A DNA stretch of 64,000 bases from Lama guanicoe (Eukaryota), in assembly GCA_013239625.1 (NCBI GenBank), contig MU053881.1, forward strand, positions 13,344,879 through 13,408,878, given 5' to 3'. How positions within the stretch are numbered: position 1 is the stretch's first letter; every line of letters begins with the position of its first letter. The position numbers and the translations under genes were made by a program. Positions 13,235 through 28,069 of this stretch are shown here, piece by piece. The notes under the pieces were generated by a model. That model made no database searches. It had not been told where the DNA came from and saw only the letters and a program-made list of their open reading frames with translations.

Positions 13235-15515
13235 TTAAGGGAAATGGGGGATACAAACAAAAGCCCCATGGATTAGATACTTTCTGATGAATATGATTGG
13301 GGTATATTATTAACTGCAGCAACCATATCAGCACAGCCGGAGAGGCAAGCACAGACAGCAGTGCTATACTGAGCTGTCAATGGTCCCCAAAGAGCTATTT
13401 ACAACAATGGCTGGATTCTAGCCACAGTTTTTGTTTGTTTTGAGAAAAAAGGTGGCACCTGATTTCATATGATGAGCAGGCATTGCTCGTGTTTCCCAAA
13501 ACAAGCATCATCAACGCATCCACCTACCACAGCAAATCCTCTGAGAATAAAACAGGATGTAAACAAATAAATACATGGAAGAATACTAACTGATCCTTGG
13601 TCGAGAAGAAGACATGGGTCACAAGGAGGGGAGGAGAATGTCTGCATTCCCCAGTGAAGCTCTCCCTCCTTCCTTCCCTAAAGTAGCACCAAGTGCATAC
13701 AACAGCAAAGGAAGAAGGGAACAAGGAACTGTCCTCAAGCTTTGCGAAACTGAAATTAATGTGAAGTCTCCTGGAGAGTTTGTATGTGAGTTCACTCTAC
13801 TCCAATCATTTAGTTTTACTTACAAATCCACTGCCTAACTGAAGCCAAGACGCTGCGAAGCTTCTTTTTAGTCCCTATGTTCTGGGAATGTGAATACTGT
13901 TGATGTTTTAAGAAAGGGAGTCACTGAAATACATTTGATCTCGTTTGGTGGAACTGTGATGAAATTTATACCCAAATTCCTCATATAATTTTCAGAAAAT
14001 GCATTTACCTATATTATTACATAACTCAAGAAATGTGGTAAAGTGGCTTTATGGCCATTAAAATCATGAAGTGCTTCTATTTATTAAAGCAAATAAGAAA
14101 TGTGTACATTAATGATTAAACTTGCATCCTTTAAGTCAGATTATTAAGGAAAGTGATAACACATCAGCAAAGATGGTGAAAAACTGGGGCGAAGGGAGGT
14201 ATAGGTTAGTTACTGGTGAGGAATACCACATACATCAGGAACTGTTAATTGAGAAGCTTTTCAGTATATGCAGTTCTCTCCCCCAGATAACTGCCAGCTG
14301 GCAGGAAAGAATACTAGATTTAGGCTGAAAAGTGTAGGATATTTTACAAGGGGAGAATATTTCAAACTTCCAGTATAAATAGATCTTGCTTGGATGATCT
14401 GGGAAGTTCTCAACACATCTGCCCACTGATCCTCTATTTTCTTTCTCTCTTTTTCTGGATTTTTCATGCTTTCAGTCCTTTTATACTTTTACTAGCTAAG
14501 TCCAACACCTACCTAAAGTCTCTCTTGAAGCATTTTTTTTCTTTCTTTATCAAATGGATACTTGGGTTGAAACACTAGAAATTCTGGCAGCTTTCTCCAA
14601 AAGCAAAATATCGCTCTATTCCCTCTCTAAACAGACTCTGCCATGTTCCAGGAGTTGCCTTCATTGCCTTTTCATACCAAAGAAATGATTGGATGGTCTG
14701 AGTTACCAAGTGGGACCAGATCTACAAAAACAACGTCCTAACAAGTCATTTCAATATGAAATAATCTCTTCCCTTAAGAATGAGTCCTGGATAATTCTTA
14801 ATTTCTCAAAAACTTGGAATATTTTTAAGCATCATTGTTTTTTTTCCTCTCAAAATGTTGGAAGCTTTATTTGACTCATGTGTCTTTCATTCAACCATAA
14901 ATGAATGATTGGTATCTAGATCCCAGGCTTTCCAGTAATCTCAAAACAGGTGAAATGTTTGTAAGGCAAAAACATCTGCGTAGCCTTCAATTTAAGCAAA
15001 ATTAGGAATATTTATATCCTCAATCTAATCAACATCATTGTGAAGTCCTATACTTCAAAATGTATGTTTCCACATGAATTTATGTTTAAAATTTTGAACT
15101 TTTTCTATTTTTTTTTGTTTTTCCCCTTCTTTTTAAATAGAAATATTTTCAGACATATCCCTTGGGATAGCTTCTAGAAATTTAATCTAGACCTTACTGG
15201 AAAGCAGGAATACATGAGGTTAATAATAGTAGGGAGAGAAAGTTCCTCTATTAAATTAGAGCATGTTGGAGATCTATATTGCATTACTTAGTATACTTTT
15301 TTTTTCATTTTTGTCTAATTAATTTGCTTCACATTTAATCCTTGCATAATATTTCAGCCAGCTTACTTTTCATACTAGAGTAATTATTAACATTGAAAAA
15401 CAAGGGCAATAAGGAAAGCAGATGGTATACAACAGCCCATCAGCTTGACGCGCCTTGACGGCACATGGGAGCGAAAGTTGAGAAAAATTCGCAAATGGCA
15501 GCAAAGCCGTCCTCA

Positions 15516-15737
<222 letters not shown>

Positions 15738-18700
15738 CTAGGCAATTTTGGAAAATGGCAAAGAGTTCACTGTGCTGTATTTTGCAATGCAAATGGCTTG
15801 CAAAGACAGTGCATGATTTTTGCAACTTTGGAAGCAAAATATGAGCTAGATGATGTTTCTAGAAGGACATTTGTGATGGCCTGCACCTCCTGGTGTCAGG
15901 TGAATCATTGGGTAGCATAATTACTTTTTAAAAAATAGCTAAAGTGCCTGGAATATTTTTTGGTCAGAAAAATTCTGCTGATTGCCCTCTCAGATGCTTG
16001 AAAGGACAAAGTACCCTATTCCCACCTCTCCTCCACCACATTAGCACTCGAAGAGATAGACGGCATTGCAAATAAAAACAAAACTCATGTTACAGGTTAT
16101 TACATCCAGGAAAATGTTTTAATTAGACAATTCTAGTTATAAAAATAAAGCATAACGTTTTGGGGGTCCCTCCCATGGTCTCCGAAAACCATACACTCAA
16201 TCCTACCACATCCATGGTTCTAAAGTGGATGTGATAACCCACTTTTCTTTTTGGCTAAGGAAGCATTGTTATGTATATAGACTTTCAATTCTACACAATG
16301 AAGAAGATTATGAAAATAAGAAAATCATTCACTGGTCATTTGGATCTTTTCCAAAGGGAAGAATGCATTGTACGTGGGTGTGTCTGAGTGTGTGTTTGTA
16401 AGTACATGTGTGTTAGAGACACATGAGAAATGTGTGAATCTCATCATCATTCACAGTCAGGGCATCAATTTATCTGAATAAACACAGCATCCCTTATGGC
16501 AATACCCAGAGACAAACATCTGCAAATGTGAAAACACGCAGTGTGACTTACCAGCTCCTCAGATTGAAAGGGGTAATCATAGCCGTCTTCCTTGCAGTAT
16601 TTGCTACACTGACACCAAATTTGGAACTCAGTGGTTTGAAATAAAGATTACTGCATTCTCCATTAATCTTAGAATGCTCCAGACTGGAAGGAAGACTAAC
16701 TCGAAAACATCATGCTACATTTTCTCAATCCCCTAAACCCGGATGCATCAGAAAGCTGCTGCTTTTTTAAAAATTTTGTACATACTGTCTTTAAGACGTG
16801 CAAAATAAATAATGTCTGTGTTTAGGCTTTTTTTGTGCATGTACTTTACTCCGTATGTCTTTCCCAGGGTTTGAGCGAGATTGGGTCAAGATTGAATGAA
16901 GGTTGTCATAGCCCAAGCTTGGCACTGCTGAGCTCTTACCGATCAAGTAACTAACAATTATTATTGGCTCGTCTATAATGCACCAGGCAGAGTGGTAAAT
17001 GCTGATGGAACAGAAACAGAAATGTGTAACATGATGCCAGTCTATCTTTGCAGGCAAGAAAAGTGACCTTGTTTGTTTTCTCTCTGTCTGGAAGTGTCCG
17101 ATGAGAGGCACTGGGATACATGACATAGGAATGTACTCAGCAAGAAACGTTTGTTAGGTATCTGTTAAATTCGACTGAGGGAGAAACTGTTTAGACTTGC
17201 AGGCTATTGGAAAAACTTGTGGAGGAGTAAGATGGGCATAGAAGGGTATTTTCCATGAGGAGAGGACTGAGGAGGATGCCTGTGGATTACATCAGGCAGT
17301 GGTCCAGAGGAGCCATGATTGCCCGGGAAGCAGAGTGCACAGATTTACTCTGGATGGTGCATGTCTCTTCTCTGGTCAACAGAAAAGCTTACGAGATATG
17401 ATGATGATGATATTTCTATTACTCAGGGATCAGCTACATAAACTGTGTACTTCACCCAACTGAACAACGTTAGCCTGGTCAACAGGAGAGGCAACGGTCA
17501 CTTGTCAATCAAGGTTCCAAAGAAGTCTATGCTGACCATGTTCCCATGAACCTAAAACATTTGTTCACTTGTTTGCCTGCTCCAAGATTTCTGAATATAA
17601 AATAAATGTTCAGTGTAAAATAAACTTAAAATATATGTATCATCACGTCTTTGACAAGATATATCCCAAAGACAAAGATTCCCAGAAAAAATTATGACAA
17701 AGACTTGCCCAGGTCCTAAGGTTTACAAGTTTGTCATATTTATAGCTAGCTTTTTTTTTTTCACCTATGCTAATAACAGATGATGAAAACCCCAAATTCA
17801 TTTAAGATACTCTCTCTCTGAATATTATCCTGGTCACACAAGCATGCATGTGTGCTCACACACACACACACAGAGCAAAATTAACTAGATAAGCTTTCAT
17901 CTTCATGTTCCCCTCTGTTACAAGTGGAGATGCAAACGGAAATAAAAGTGATTGATAATGATCACCTCCTGCCTGTTCAAGAGTGTAAATATTTGGCGTC
18001 CCACGTTCTGAGAATGGCCCCTGTGATGTTGCCATGGTAACAGCAGGCGGCTCCCAGTACCCGCTTGTATAGCATCACCTCTGCCCCACGGTCAAAATTC
18101 ATTAGACCAAGATGGGCCAGCACCCCTGCCTCAGGAAGCTGGAACAAGAAGTCATCTTCTTGAGGCCATAGCGTCATGGTTACAGATGTTAATTCTAAAT
18201 CTGCTAACTAGAACTGAATTGTTCCCTCTGCCGGATGAATGGTCGTAGGTCATGCTGTTACCTTCTCTAAACCCCCGGTTGACAATCTATAACGGGGGAT
18301 CATAGCAACACTTGTTTCATTTGCCTGTTATGAGACGTGAGTTAACACAAGTGAACAGCTTACAAGACTGTCCTGTAAGTTCTCAGCAAACATTAAAAGG
18401 TTTTATTTGTCTCCCATTTTCTTTTTTTATCAACACAAATTTATATTTGATTACCAGGTAGCTGAGAATGAAAACCAGTGCTATTGCTTTGGAAGGAAGG
18501 GTGGTAGGACAGGAAACCTGAGGAAAGTGAGGAGGTGATCATAACAAAGCAAAACAAAAACCGAAGGCAAGAGAGAAGAGTCTACAAAAATGTGTCTGAA
18601 CAAAGTGTGTCTTTGCTTTGGCGAAGAATTTGCTCAGAGTTCAGTGTTCTAGCCCTCACCACTCGAGTGAAAAGTTGAAAAGTTACCCTGTTCAATAGAG

Positions 18701-19799
18701 TAGGTCCCTGGAGGACATGCGCCTTATTCAAAAGACTGGGACAAAACATCCACTATGTTTCTAAATAAGTATTGTTCCCAAGTGTTCCTGCTTGTACCAT
18801 TTATTACCATTTCTGTGTGCTTTGATTTAATACATTTTAAGCACGATGGGAAACAGGGTTCTGTGATTGTGCTGCATGGATATTTCTGTCAGAACCTAGT
18901 GCCCTGGGAGTGTGCGCTTTGATTGCCAATTAATGGTTTTTAAAATAAAGTTAAGGAGTTGTCCTAATTTTGTTTTCTATTCCAGATGAAGTCAGATGCC
19001 TTGGGAGCTGTAGGGTCTCTAAGGATGGACAGCCTGAGTTCAAGTTGCTACCTAGCTGGGCCACTTTCCTCCTCTGGAAAACGTGGGTAAGAATAATGCT
19101 TGGCTAAAATATTTGGCGTGAGGATTAGATGAAATATGGTATTAGCATGGTGCCTAACATACTGTAAGCATTCAATAGTGTTCGATGTTGTTATGGTTAT
19201 TATTATTAATTAGGTATTTTATTAGTTCTCAGTTTAAGACCTGTATTTCCTGTCTTGAAAAATAGCTGTGTAGTTCTGCCTTTTGATTTTGATAGCCTCT
19301 AAATCATGCTGCTTTTGAATAATTCTCCCATAATGTAGTTTAAAAGATCAATCTTCTCAAAGTGGTCAGGTATAATTTCCACTAGCCACCTAGCAAATCC
19401 ATTGCAGACCTATGGCTAATTGGAACCTTTGACAGAACAATTCAAATATTGTCCTGTTCAAGAGTTTGAGGCAAAACCGAGTATCATTGGTTTGGACTCT
19501 GTCCTTTCTTATTCCCCGATATTTGACCAATGGCCATGTATGAAAAGTAATTCTTGATAACCTTAGGGTTAATGCGGATCCAAAAATGAAGTGTGTACCT
19601 TTTGTCTAAGACAAGAAAAAAAATCACTTGTTCCTGAGATCGTATTTAATCTGAGCCAATAACTCAAAAGCATGCCAAATACATTTTAAAAGTTTGTGAT
19701 TGCATATGGCTTTATATGGGCACTGTCCCTTAACAACTTCTACTGAGCGTCTATGCTCTGTGAGGCATCATGCTAGGTGCCGGAGATAGAGAATAGTCA

Positions 19800-19841
19800 T
19801 TTATTATTATTATTAGTAGTAGTAGTAGTAGTAGTAGTAGC

Positions 19842-19878
<37 letters not shown>

Positions 19879-19885
19879 ATATTAT
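19800..19885. repeat. Compound (ATT)n(AGT)n microsatellite
   Basis: ttattattattatt followed by agtagtagt... for about 60 bp, with one agc interruption. Confidence 0.95.
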
Positions 19886-21404
19886 GATCAGTGTGTGCTA
19901 TTTGTAATGCTTCATCTCCTCTCTTGGTGTTTCCATCTATGAGAAGAGAGCTTCACCAGTGTAAAACTTCTGAAAGCTCTCCATTTCCTCACACTCTTCT
20001 ATTTGGGGAGGGGAGGAAGGAGGAGTAATTTAATTTGACAGGTGAATTTGGAAGGAGAAATCTGTCTTGCCTATCTCAGCTTCTTCCTCTTGTCTTTTCC
20101 ATTTTGGATACTGGCAGTCCATTAGACTCACAAATTCCGCTGTGTTCCTCCATGCTAGAAGTTCTATATGGACGATCTACACCCTAGCAGAGGGAGACCA
20201 ACACTGCCTGCTGACCGTGTGGGCTAATCTGGCTGATCCCGATGTGTACTCTCTAGAAACCCACTTGTCTGCAGATACAAGCCACCTTCTGTAACACCGC
20301 CATTATTAGTAATACAGATGATAGTCTCATTTTCCATGTGCCTTACTCTGCTGTGTTTCTCAAAAGATTCAGAACTCAAGTAGGAAAGAGGGTGTTACTA
20401 GTCCCATAAGATCTTCATTTTTAAAAGATAATATAGACTCCTAAACCTTTCCCCAGATAAACACTAATTCAACATTAACTGTAAAAGAGCAATGCATTGA
20501 TACTGCGGGGGATGTGAAACTAGAGTGTATTTCTGGTTTTTTTGGCATCACTTTAGGAAGATAAGACAAATAACTTTAAAAGCAGTGCTATACAGGAGAG
20601 CAAAAGCTAAATTGTACTTTGCAGTCAGTAAATGTGATCAGAATGCAGAAAGGGGAAGTTAATTTGTTACAGGATTAATAAAAAAGAGTTTTCATCAAGC
20701 ATTTGGGTCTGGATTTGGGCTTTTGTGGAAATACAAAATTTAGATGGATGGAGGAGAGAAGAAATTTCCATGAAGGTTGTATGGCATGATAAGAGATTCA
20801 GAGGCAAAAGTAATAATAGCTACTAATTATTGAGCACAATCGAGAGACCTTTATTTACATACCTCTTTTAAAATTCCTAACAGTCTTACAAGGATAGGTA
20901 AATATAATAATATATCCACTTTGGAAACTGTGTGCCTTACGAACTTATCCGACTTGCCCAAGGTCACGCTGCTGGCTGTCAGTGAGGAATCTGAATTCAG
21001 CCAGCCTGAATCCTACAGCCAGCCCCGCCAGCCCCTAGTGGTGCACCTCACAGCAAGTAGTACTTGTGTCAGTGCTGGGAACGCTGGGGACGGGTGGTAA
21101 AATCATGTACGGCTTGTATAGGCTGCAGGCAGAGGAGCTGAAATTTGACCTCAGGCTTAACTGGGATCTATTGAATGTCCTTAATTAGTAAAGTAGCATC
21201 AGAGAATAGTGTCATGGGAAGACTGAGTTCCACTATGAGAGAGCCGCAATAGGTCCTCAGAGCGCAATCAACTTAGCAAAAATTATCGTTATCACACAGT
21301 ATTTCAATAAAGTGGTCCACAGACTGACCACAGTGACAGAACGAATGGCCAGAGGAGCAAATCCACAAAGATGGCTAACCTTTATATTTCTAGTTCTTAC
21401 ATTG

Positions 21405-21655
21405 TAACAATGGCTGACATTTGTTGAGTGCTTATTTTCTGCCAAGAATTTTTAAGGACTTTTCATGTATTCATTCATTTCATACTTGTGACAACCCCAT
21501 GAGGAATTATTATTACTCCCATTTTACACATGAAGAAACTGAGGCAGAGACAGATTAAGTAACTTCCCCAAGGATACACCCTAATAAATGATGAACCCAG
21601 GCATTCTGGTTCTGAAATCTGTATTCTCACTACTGTTCTGCAGTGTCTCCCATGC
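21405..21655 (-). mobile_element. MIR SINE
   Basis: gctgacatttgttgagtgcttatt...acaaccccatgagg...ccattttacacatgaagaaactgaggcagaga...ttaagtaacttccccaagg...gaacccaggc. Confidence 0.85.
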
Positions 21656-21729
21656 ACTCCACTGACTCAAATCTGTAGAGCTGGTGCATTTCATAACCTG
21701 TCTCAGATGTAAAGTACCTTATCCTAAGC

Positions 21730-21934
21730 CAGCATTTCCCAATGTTTGACTCACAGAGTATCAGTTCTACAGAATGTCAAAGGGTTGCACTCGAAGAAAA
21801 GGGTTCTGGACTCATATGATTGGAAAACACTAGATTAAATGCAGTTTAACAGTTTACCTTACATCCTGACTTACCAGAGTTTTAACCCTGCTAAGCTGGG
21901 TGAACTGTGAATGTCCACCCTTTGGGAAATGCTG
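21730..21934. mobile_element. hAT-Charlie-type MITE
   Basis: Perfect 13-bp TIRs CAGCATTTCCCAA (21730-21742) and TTGGGAAATGCTG (21922-21934). The 8-bp flanks tcctaagc and acctaagt match 6/8, like a hAT TSD. Confidence 0.8.
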
Positions 21935-22793
21935 ACCTAAGTTGATATTTTCTGTAACTCTGATTCTGAATCATCTGAGCTACTATGAAGTCAGAAGACT
22001 TTTATGTTAAGATGGTGTCAACAAAAAGACATTTCAAAAATAGTATTTAATCAATATGTCTTCAAAATATTCCTAATGCTGTGTCATCATGGCCTCCTTA
22101 TGATTTTTTGCTTATACAGGAGCTTGGCTGTTACGAGCTCAGAAATATTATATAATATCTGCAGAAATCTACTGATTTACCGACTCCCATCAGATAGAAG
22201 AGAAATTCATGTAAATTCATTTGGGAAAAGAGAGAACAGATATGTATTCATTTCATTCTCACTCTTAGAATTTAATGATTGCCTTTTGCAGTGAAGCTGA
22301 GCCTTTCCCACAGGTGTCATTTCATTCCCAGACTAATTCTGGTCAAGTATTCACTCAGCTTTTATACACGTTTCTCCTTTTTAGCCAAAAATAATTCAGA
22401 AATTGCATTGTTTACAGCTATGCCGTTAACAGGCTGGCTATCCAGAAACCTACCATTCTTCAATCAATATGTTCTCCTAGCTAAAATCCAACGTAATTCA
22501 CACCATTTGGCTCACAGAATGCAAGCCCAGGCAAGGAATAATTTCACGGGTGAAAAAAAAGAAGGGTGCAGTGTTTGATAACCATAAATAGGGTTGATCT
22601 GGAAAGTAAATGGGCATTTTCTATTACGTAAACATTATATACATTATTTATTACATGCTGTGCACATAGTAAGACCCCCAAATATAGCCAAGCTATTGCA
22701 AGTTGCTTCCTAAATGCCTCATCTATATTTCTTCTTTTGAAAGTTAAATATAGAAACTATCCCCAAGAAACCCAAAAACGCAACGTCACTTAC

Positions 22794-22861
22794 CATATCA
22801 TGGTCTGAAACGGGTCCGAAGCTGGTGACGAAGATGTCCGTCTTCACTTCAGTTACACGCT
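22794..22861 (-). CDS. GABRA1: GABRA1 3rd coding exon (exon 4; 68 nt): (E)[22 protein letters not shown]
   Basis: Translation matches alpha-1. Acceptor cctgcttcatcag|, donor |gtaagt. Phase 1 to phase 0. Confidence 0.98.
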
Positions 22862-25800
22862 CTGATGAAGCAGGAAATTGGGACAGTGAATGTCTATCAA
22901 CAGCCTTTATTAGATCTCACCACCACATACTCACACCCAAATGGGAAATTTATTGGCTTTGATTAGCTATTTCTAAAATTGGACCACTGTGTAGTGCTGA
23001 TAATTTAGGGCTTACACATGAAATTTCACACTTAATATTTTTCAATGGAGAATGGAGCCTAAATATGCCACTTTGGGAGACAGAGATTTTTATGGAGGGG
23101 TCAGATGACACTTAATGAATTCTTCAAGAATGGCCACACTTGCCCGATGATACCAAGCCATTTCATTTCATAATAAAAATATGTTAGCATATGGGTTTGT
23201 TTTAAGCTTAAATATTCTTCCACAGCTTGCTTGATCCTCTAGGTACTTAGGCTACTCTTGGGAAGTATATAGTGTATTGTAGCAAGCTTTATTAACTCTT
23301 TAAGGACTCTAGGGTATGTTTCATAAATGATTGCTTTCTGGCACTAAATCATAACTGAATTATCCAAATTACTCCCTGGAAAAAAGTCTGACAGCCTAAG
23401 TAAGTTTCTTCAATTTTGAGGAATAGCACAAGTTTATTTAATAGATTTCATTTTCAACTTCAATGTGATTTTATTTTATTGGTCTCTGAGGCAGGCATAT
23501 CAACCAATAAAATGTCTATATTGTAGTTGGGTGACATTTTCTGGGAAATAAAGTCACTCACCAAAGGAAGAAAGAAAGAAAGTGTTGCTCATGTAAAAAG
23601 AAACACTTCTTTGAGAGGTGAGAATGAAAAAGATGACCTTGTAATTTTCAACTTTGGCTCTGAGAAATAACAATCTGGTAACTTAAGCAGTGCATTTCGT
23701 TTATCAGGACATTTGTATCTTCGGTGTGTGACATTAAAAATGTGCTCCAATACATGCAATAATAAATTCTTCTGAGATCAAAAAATTTATCCCTTAGTAA
23801 TTCACTTGTAAACAGTTAATACTTTGAGTATAAATCTGTCTCAAGGAAGTCACTTTGCACACGTAATGTGCACCTTGAATGATACATGTTGAGGTGGCCA
23901 TAATCCCCTCAGTAATCAATCCAATATTTTTAGGCTTTTTTTCCGCCTCAACAATTTCATTGGCTCCAAATGCTTAAATGAGCCCCCTGACATAATAATT
24001 ATGTAGGGTTTACTGTTCAGTGTTCTAAAATAGAGTACATGGTTTGAGACAAAATAGAGGTGTGTTTTTAGAAATCATTTCCAACCTCAGCTTTCATGTT
24101 TTGAAGCAACTGTGTCCCTTAGGAACAACAGCTATCAGCAGTAAGTCTCAGCTGTATTAACCGCTTGCCTCTCATACTGGTCCCCCCTTTACCCTCTTTC
24201 CAGCAGTCATTTCCCCAAAATATACATCTCCCTCTGTTGCACACTCTCCATATTTTTTTTAACTAGACTGATTCTTTCCTTTGTTTAAATATCTGTCATT
24301 TCTTAAGACTCCATCAAGAGTTCATACTTTATTAGAATGTCAGGATTGACTTTCAATTAAAAACAATAATAAACAGAAATATTCACAATAAAATACTCCA
24401 GCTACTCACACAAACTAGAATTTATCTCATTCATTGAGCTCATTTTCTCTTTCAAGATTTCCCTTTCTGGATTAAGAAAAGAAGTCATCAGTTGGCTTTT
24501 CTTTGAAATAATAACATAGGCCCTTACTTTCATGAAAAAATATAAAAAGAGCAGTTAATAAAGAATTGGGCATATTTTCATCCAAAATTCCTTGTGTATC
24601 AGGTATGCCCCTTGTTGAAAAATCATTGTATTTCTTATTATTTACAGATTAACTTTGTGCTGTTAAAAGCTCCTTAAATTGTGTGATCAAGGGGAATTAA
24701 TACCTATATTTTCTTTCTGCATAATTCTTAAAATAGTCAGACCCTCCTGTTATTTTTTTTCCCAATTATATGACTCAATCTCATTTTGTTTCCAGGGTTG
24801 AATTTTGGTTCTTTCCAGGTAACAAACTATAAGATTTACGATGAATATCTTATGGACTGAATGACATTTATGGAATTAAAATGATGTCCTCTTTTCTTCA
24901 TTGGTACTTCTATGGCAGGGACCTATCATTAAGCACATGCTCCTTTGAGAAATCCATACGAATCCCTGTCTGCGTGCTTGCAAGTGCTTGGTGACATGGG
25001 GCAGTTCTCTTGGACTCCTTTATCACTATGATCTATTTCTTGAGTGTGGGGAGGGCATAATTATTGCACTTCATGGCACCTCCCCAAGAGAGCTGGCCTA
25101 ACAGACATCGGCTTCCAGTTGTTTTAGGAGCCACCAATCTGTTTTGTCTAGCATAATAAAATGCTCTCAAGAAGCGAGCTATCCACTTGCCAAATATAGG
25201 GTCTTATTTCCCTCTGCTGTTTTTAGATTGTTGGTAAATGACTATGCTATTCTGGGAAACTTTGTCATTTCTTCCCCCTCACCTCCAATACGAAATCCCC
25301 ATTGGAGGGGAACATATATATATCATTTATAATTTAAGGAACATTAAAACATTGGGATTTAAATGCTATGTTCTAATACTAGATTTTCCTGACTTAGCAT
25401 TAGGCTCTAAAGTGTTATTAGAAATACCTAGAAAGCACTCAAGGCCTTTCTATGGATCACATGAGGAAAAGTCAAGGTATTTTTATCCTTCAAAAATATT
25501 CTATTTTAAGAGCAAACCAGATGAGTCAGGAACTTCTAATGACATTCAGCTAGGAAGATGACACACCTAGCCACAGTTAAACATGAATGGACCTCTTATA
25601 TAATGAGCAAATTGTCTGCAAATGGAAATCAATTAAAATAACTCATTTGGAAGAAATGTTCATAGGGCAGACTAAGCAAATTTTTTTCAATCAAATATTT
25701 TTGTCACAATAATCCTTCTCTGTCCAATATAAAAAAAGAAACAGCAGATTCTTTGAAATTAGTATAACTGTATACACATGTTCAAATTTTCAAGGGCTCA

Positions 25801-26454
25801 ACATGGAATAGAGATATAAAATGGTATTATGATGATGATGGTTATTATTATAGTGTTTAGGAATATCTTAAGATAGTACATCAATGTAACTGAAGTTTTT
25901 GATGATAAATTAAAATCAGTCTTTAAACAAGCACACCCTTCGAAGATAGGTTTTAACATATGTGCTATTTATACAGCATAAATGAGCACACACATATATG
26001 TACACACAAACACACACACATGTGTGTACCTATATACGTATACACTATATTATATACTCTTAACAGATCTAACAGCTAGGCAGCAATAGATCTGTTTTTT
26101 ACTGGGGATTTCCTACCATGTTGATACCCTGCTGATAAGTATTGAAGTAACAGATGTTTCCAAGTGATAATTCAAAAAGATGATTAGTTCTCGAGGCAGA
26201 AAATGAGAAAAGCAGTGTAGTATAGTAAGTAGTAAGCACATTGGATTAAGTCAAAACACTTGGGTTTTAACTCTGATTTTCCTGGAGAACAGGCTGTGTG
26301 ATTTCAGGGATCATCTTTTAATCTAAAAGTCTGTTTTGCCACTTTTTCAGTGAAGAAATGATACCTTCACAGTCAACTCCATTGCACTGGATTGAGGGTC
26401 ACATAAGACTGTGACACCAAAAACACTTTGAGATGTATTTGCTGGGTACGTTAA

Positions 26455-26639
26455 TTCAGTCAATGAATATTTACTGAGCATTTTCTATGTGTCAGGCAGG
26501 CACTGATCTAGGTAATTGTAACAGGTGAACAAAACATGGGTGAACAAAAGTGCAATCGTTACTGTACTTCCATAGCGTACCCCATAGTTTTAGGTAAATA
26601 GGATAGATAGATAGATAGGTAGGTAGGTAGGTAGGTAGG

Positions 26640-26674
<35 letters not shown>

Positions 26675-27120
26675 AAATAGAATTCTATACATAGGTACAA
26701 ACACATATGCACAAATCATACTAATTAATATCAGATCATTATAAATGTTCTGAAAGAGTGTCTTTTGAAGAGATGACATTTGAACTGCGACCTGAAAGAG
26801 GAAAAAAATTCAGTGACCCAGGGAAAGACATCTCAAGAAGAGGGAAGAATAATGAAAGATCTGAGTTGAGAATAAATGTGTTATGTTTAAGAAACAAAAA
26901 GTCCAATATATCTGGAGCCTTGTGATGCCCATCATCATGGTACAAGATGACACTCCCGAAGCCAAAGGGGCCACATCTAACAAGCATCTTTTCTTAGAGA
27001 AGCAGTTGACCTTTATTCTAATGCAGTAAGAAGCCTGGGTAATGAAGTAAAATAATGCTACTTGTGGTTTAAGAAGATAGCTGTTGCTCTGTGAAGAGTG
27101 GGCTGTAAGAGTGACTGTAA
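26455..27120 (-). mobile_element. L2 LINE remnant interrupted by a tetranucleotide repeat
   Basis: attcagtcaatgaatatttactgagcattttctatgtgtcaggc...gatgacatttgaactgcgacctgaa...gactttattctaatgcagtaagaagcc. Confidence 0.7.
26602..26673. repeat. Compound (GATA)n(GGTA)n(GATA)n microsatellite
   Basis: Read directly from the sequence. Confidence 0.95.
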
Positions 27121-27929
27121 TTAAAAAAAAAAACAAAGGAAGAAGAAATCAATAGTAAAGAATTGCAGGTAATATTTTATTAGGAATGCCTAAAAGCACA
27201 ATTTATTTAATATGGCGTTGGCCATATTTGCACTGGAAATGCTGTCTTACTGAGGAACTCAGGGTAATATTCACTAGGCTCAATTCCGTGGACTCATAAC
27301 TTAGGAAGGAGGTTTATTGCCTCCTCTAAGCTACTTTGCTTCTATTAATTCACAGAGGCAGTTGCTATATGGCGACTACATGGGCTAACATTAGTCACTG
27401 TAAGAAAGTATTTCTTAAAACTCCCCTTTGAAATGGCCTTGTTTGGAAATTGAAAACATCCCGGGCTCCCTACATAACCATCAATTATATTCCTGGATTG
27501 GACAATGTTTCAGCTTCCTGCCAGCCTGCCGGGAGTAACATTTTTGCTCCTTGCCCTTTATTTCTATTCCCTTAATTTTTTTTTTAGAATAATTGGCAGT
27601 TGTCTCCTACTTGATAATGTAGAGCAACTTAGTTCTGGCTATGTTCAGCCACTAAATCTCCATATGGGGTAGAAACTCACATTTCAAGGTGTCTATCCTG
27701 ACCCTTCTGTGTTTTCAGATACCAAGAACTCAAACGATGCAAGCCTCTCCCAGGAAAAAAGGTAAAGTTTATGACAGCAGACATTTGCCTCATCTTCACT
27801 GAGAATTTCCCTCCTTATATTATGGTACTTTCTATTGGGAGAGGGCTTTTAGAGAAGAATGCAATTGTTGTGTTGGAGGAATGGGTTTCTTTTGGTTTAT
27901 GTAAATGTTTATCAAACCTGTACAACCTG

Positions 27930-28069
27930 GGGGAGGGTATAGCTCAGTGGTAGAGTGCATGTAGCATGTATGAGGTCCTGGGTTCAATCCCCAGTACCTC
28001 TATCCTAAACAAACAAACAAACAAACCTAATTACCTCCCCTCCCCCCACAAAAATTTTTTTTTAAAAAA
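27930..28069 (+). mobile_element. tRNA-derived camelid SINE (Vic-1/SINE1_Vpa-like)
   Basis: ggggagggtatagctcagtggtagag (A box)...gggttcaatcccc (B box)...(caaa)n-cctaattacctcccc tail. TSD ctgtacaacctg (27918-27929) / ctgtataacctg (28070-28081), 11/12 identical. Confidence 0.85.

Noticed and set aside
13247..13254. GTATCCCC as a U12-type donor
   Set aside because: Only 28 nt from the acceptor, too short for an intron, and it mismatches GTATCCTT.
21027..21045. CTCF-like CCACTAGGGGCTGG on the minus strand
   Set aside because: It lacks one G in the core, which shifts the conserved GGC, and it lies at a MIR edge.
27930..28002. tRNA-like gene
   Set aside because: It has A and B boxes but a disrupted anticodon arm, a SINE body and tail, and a TSD, so it is a SINE.
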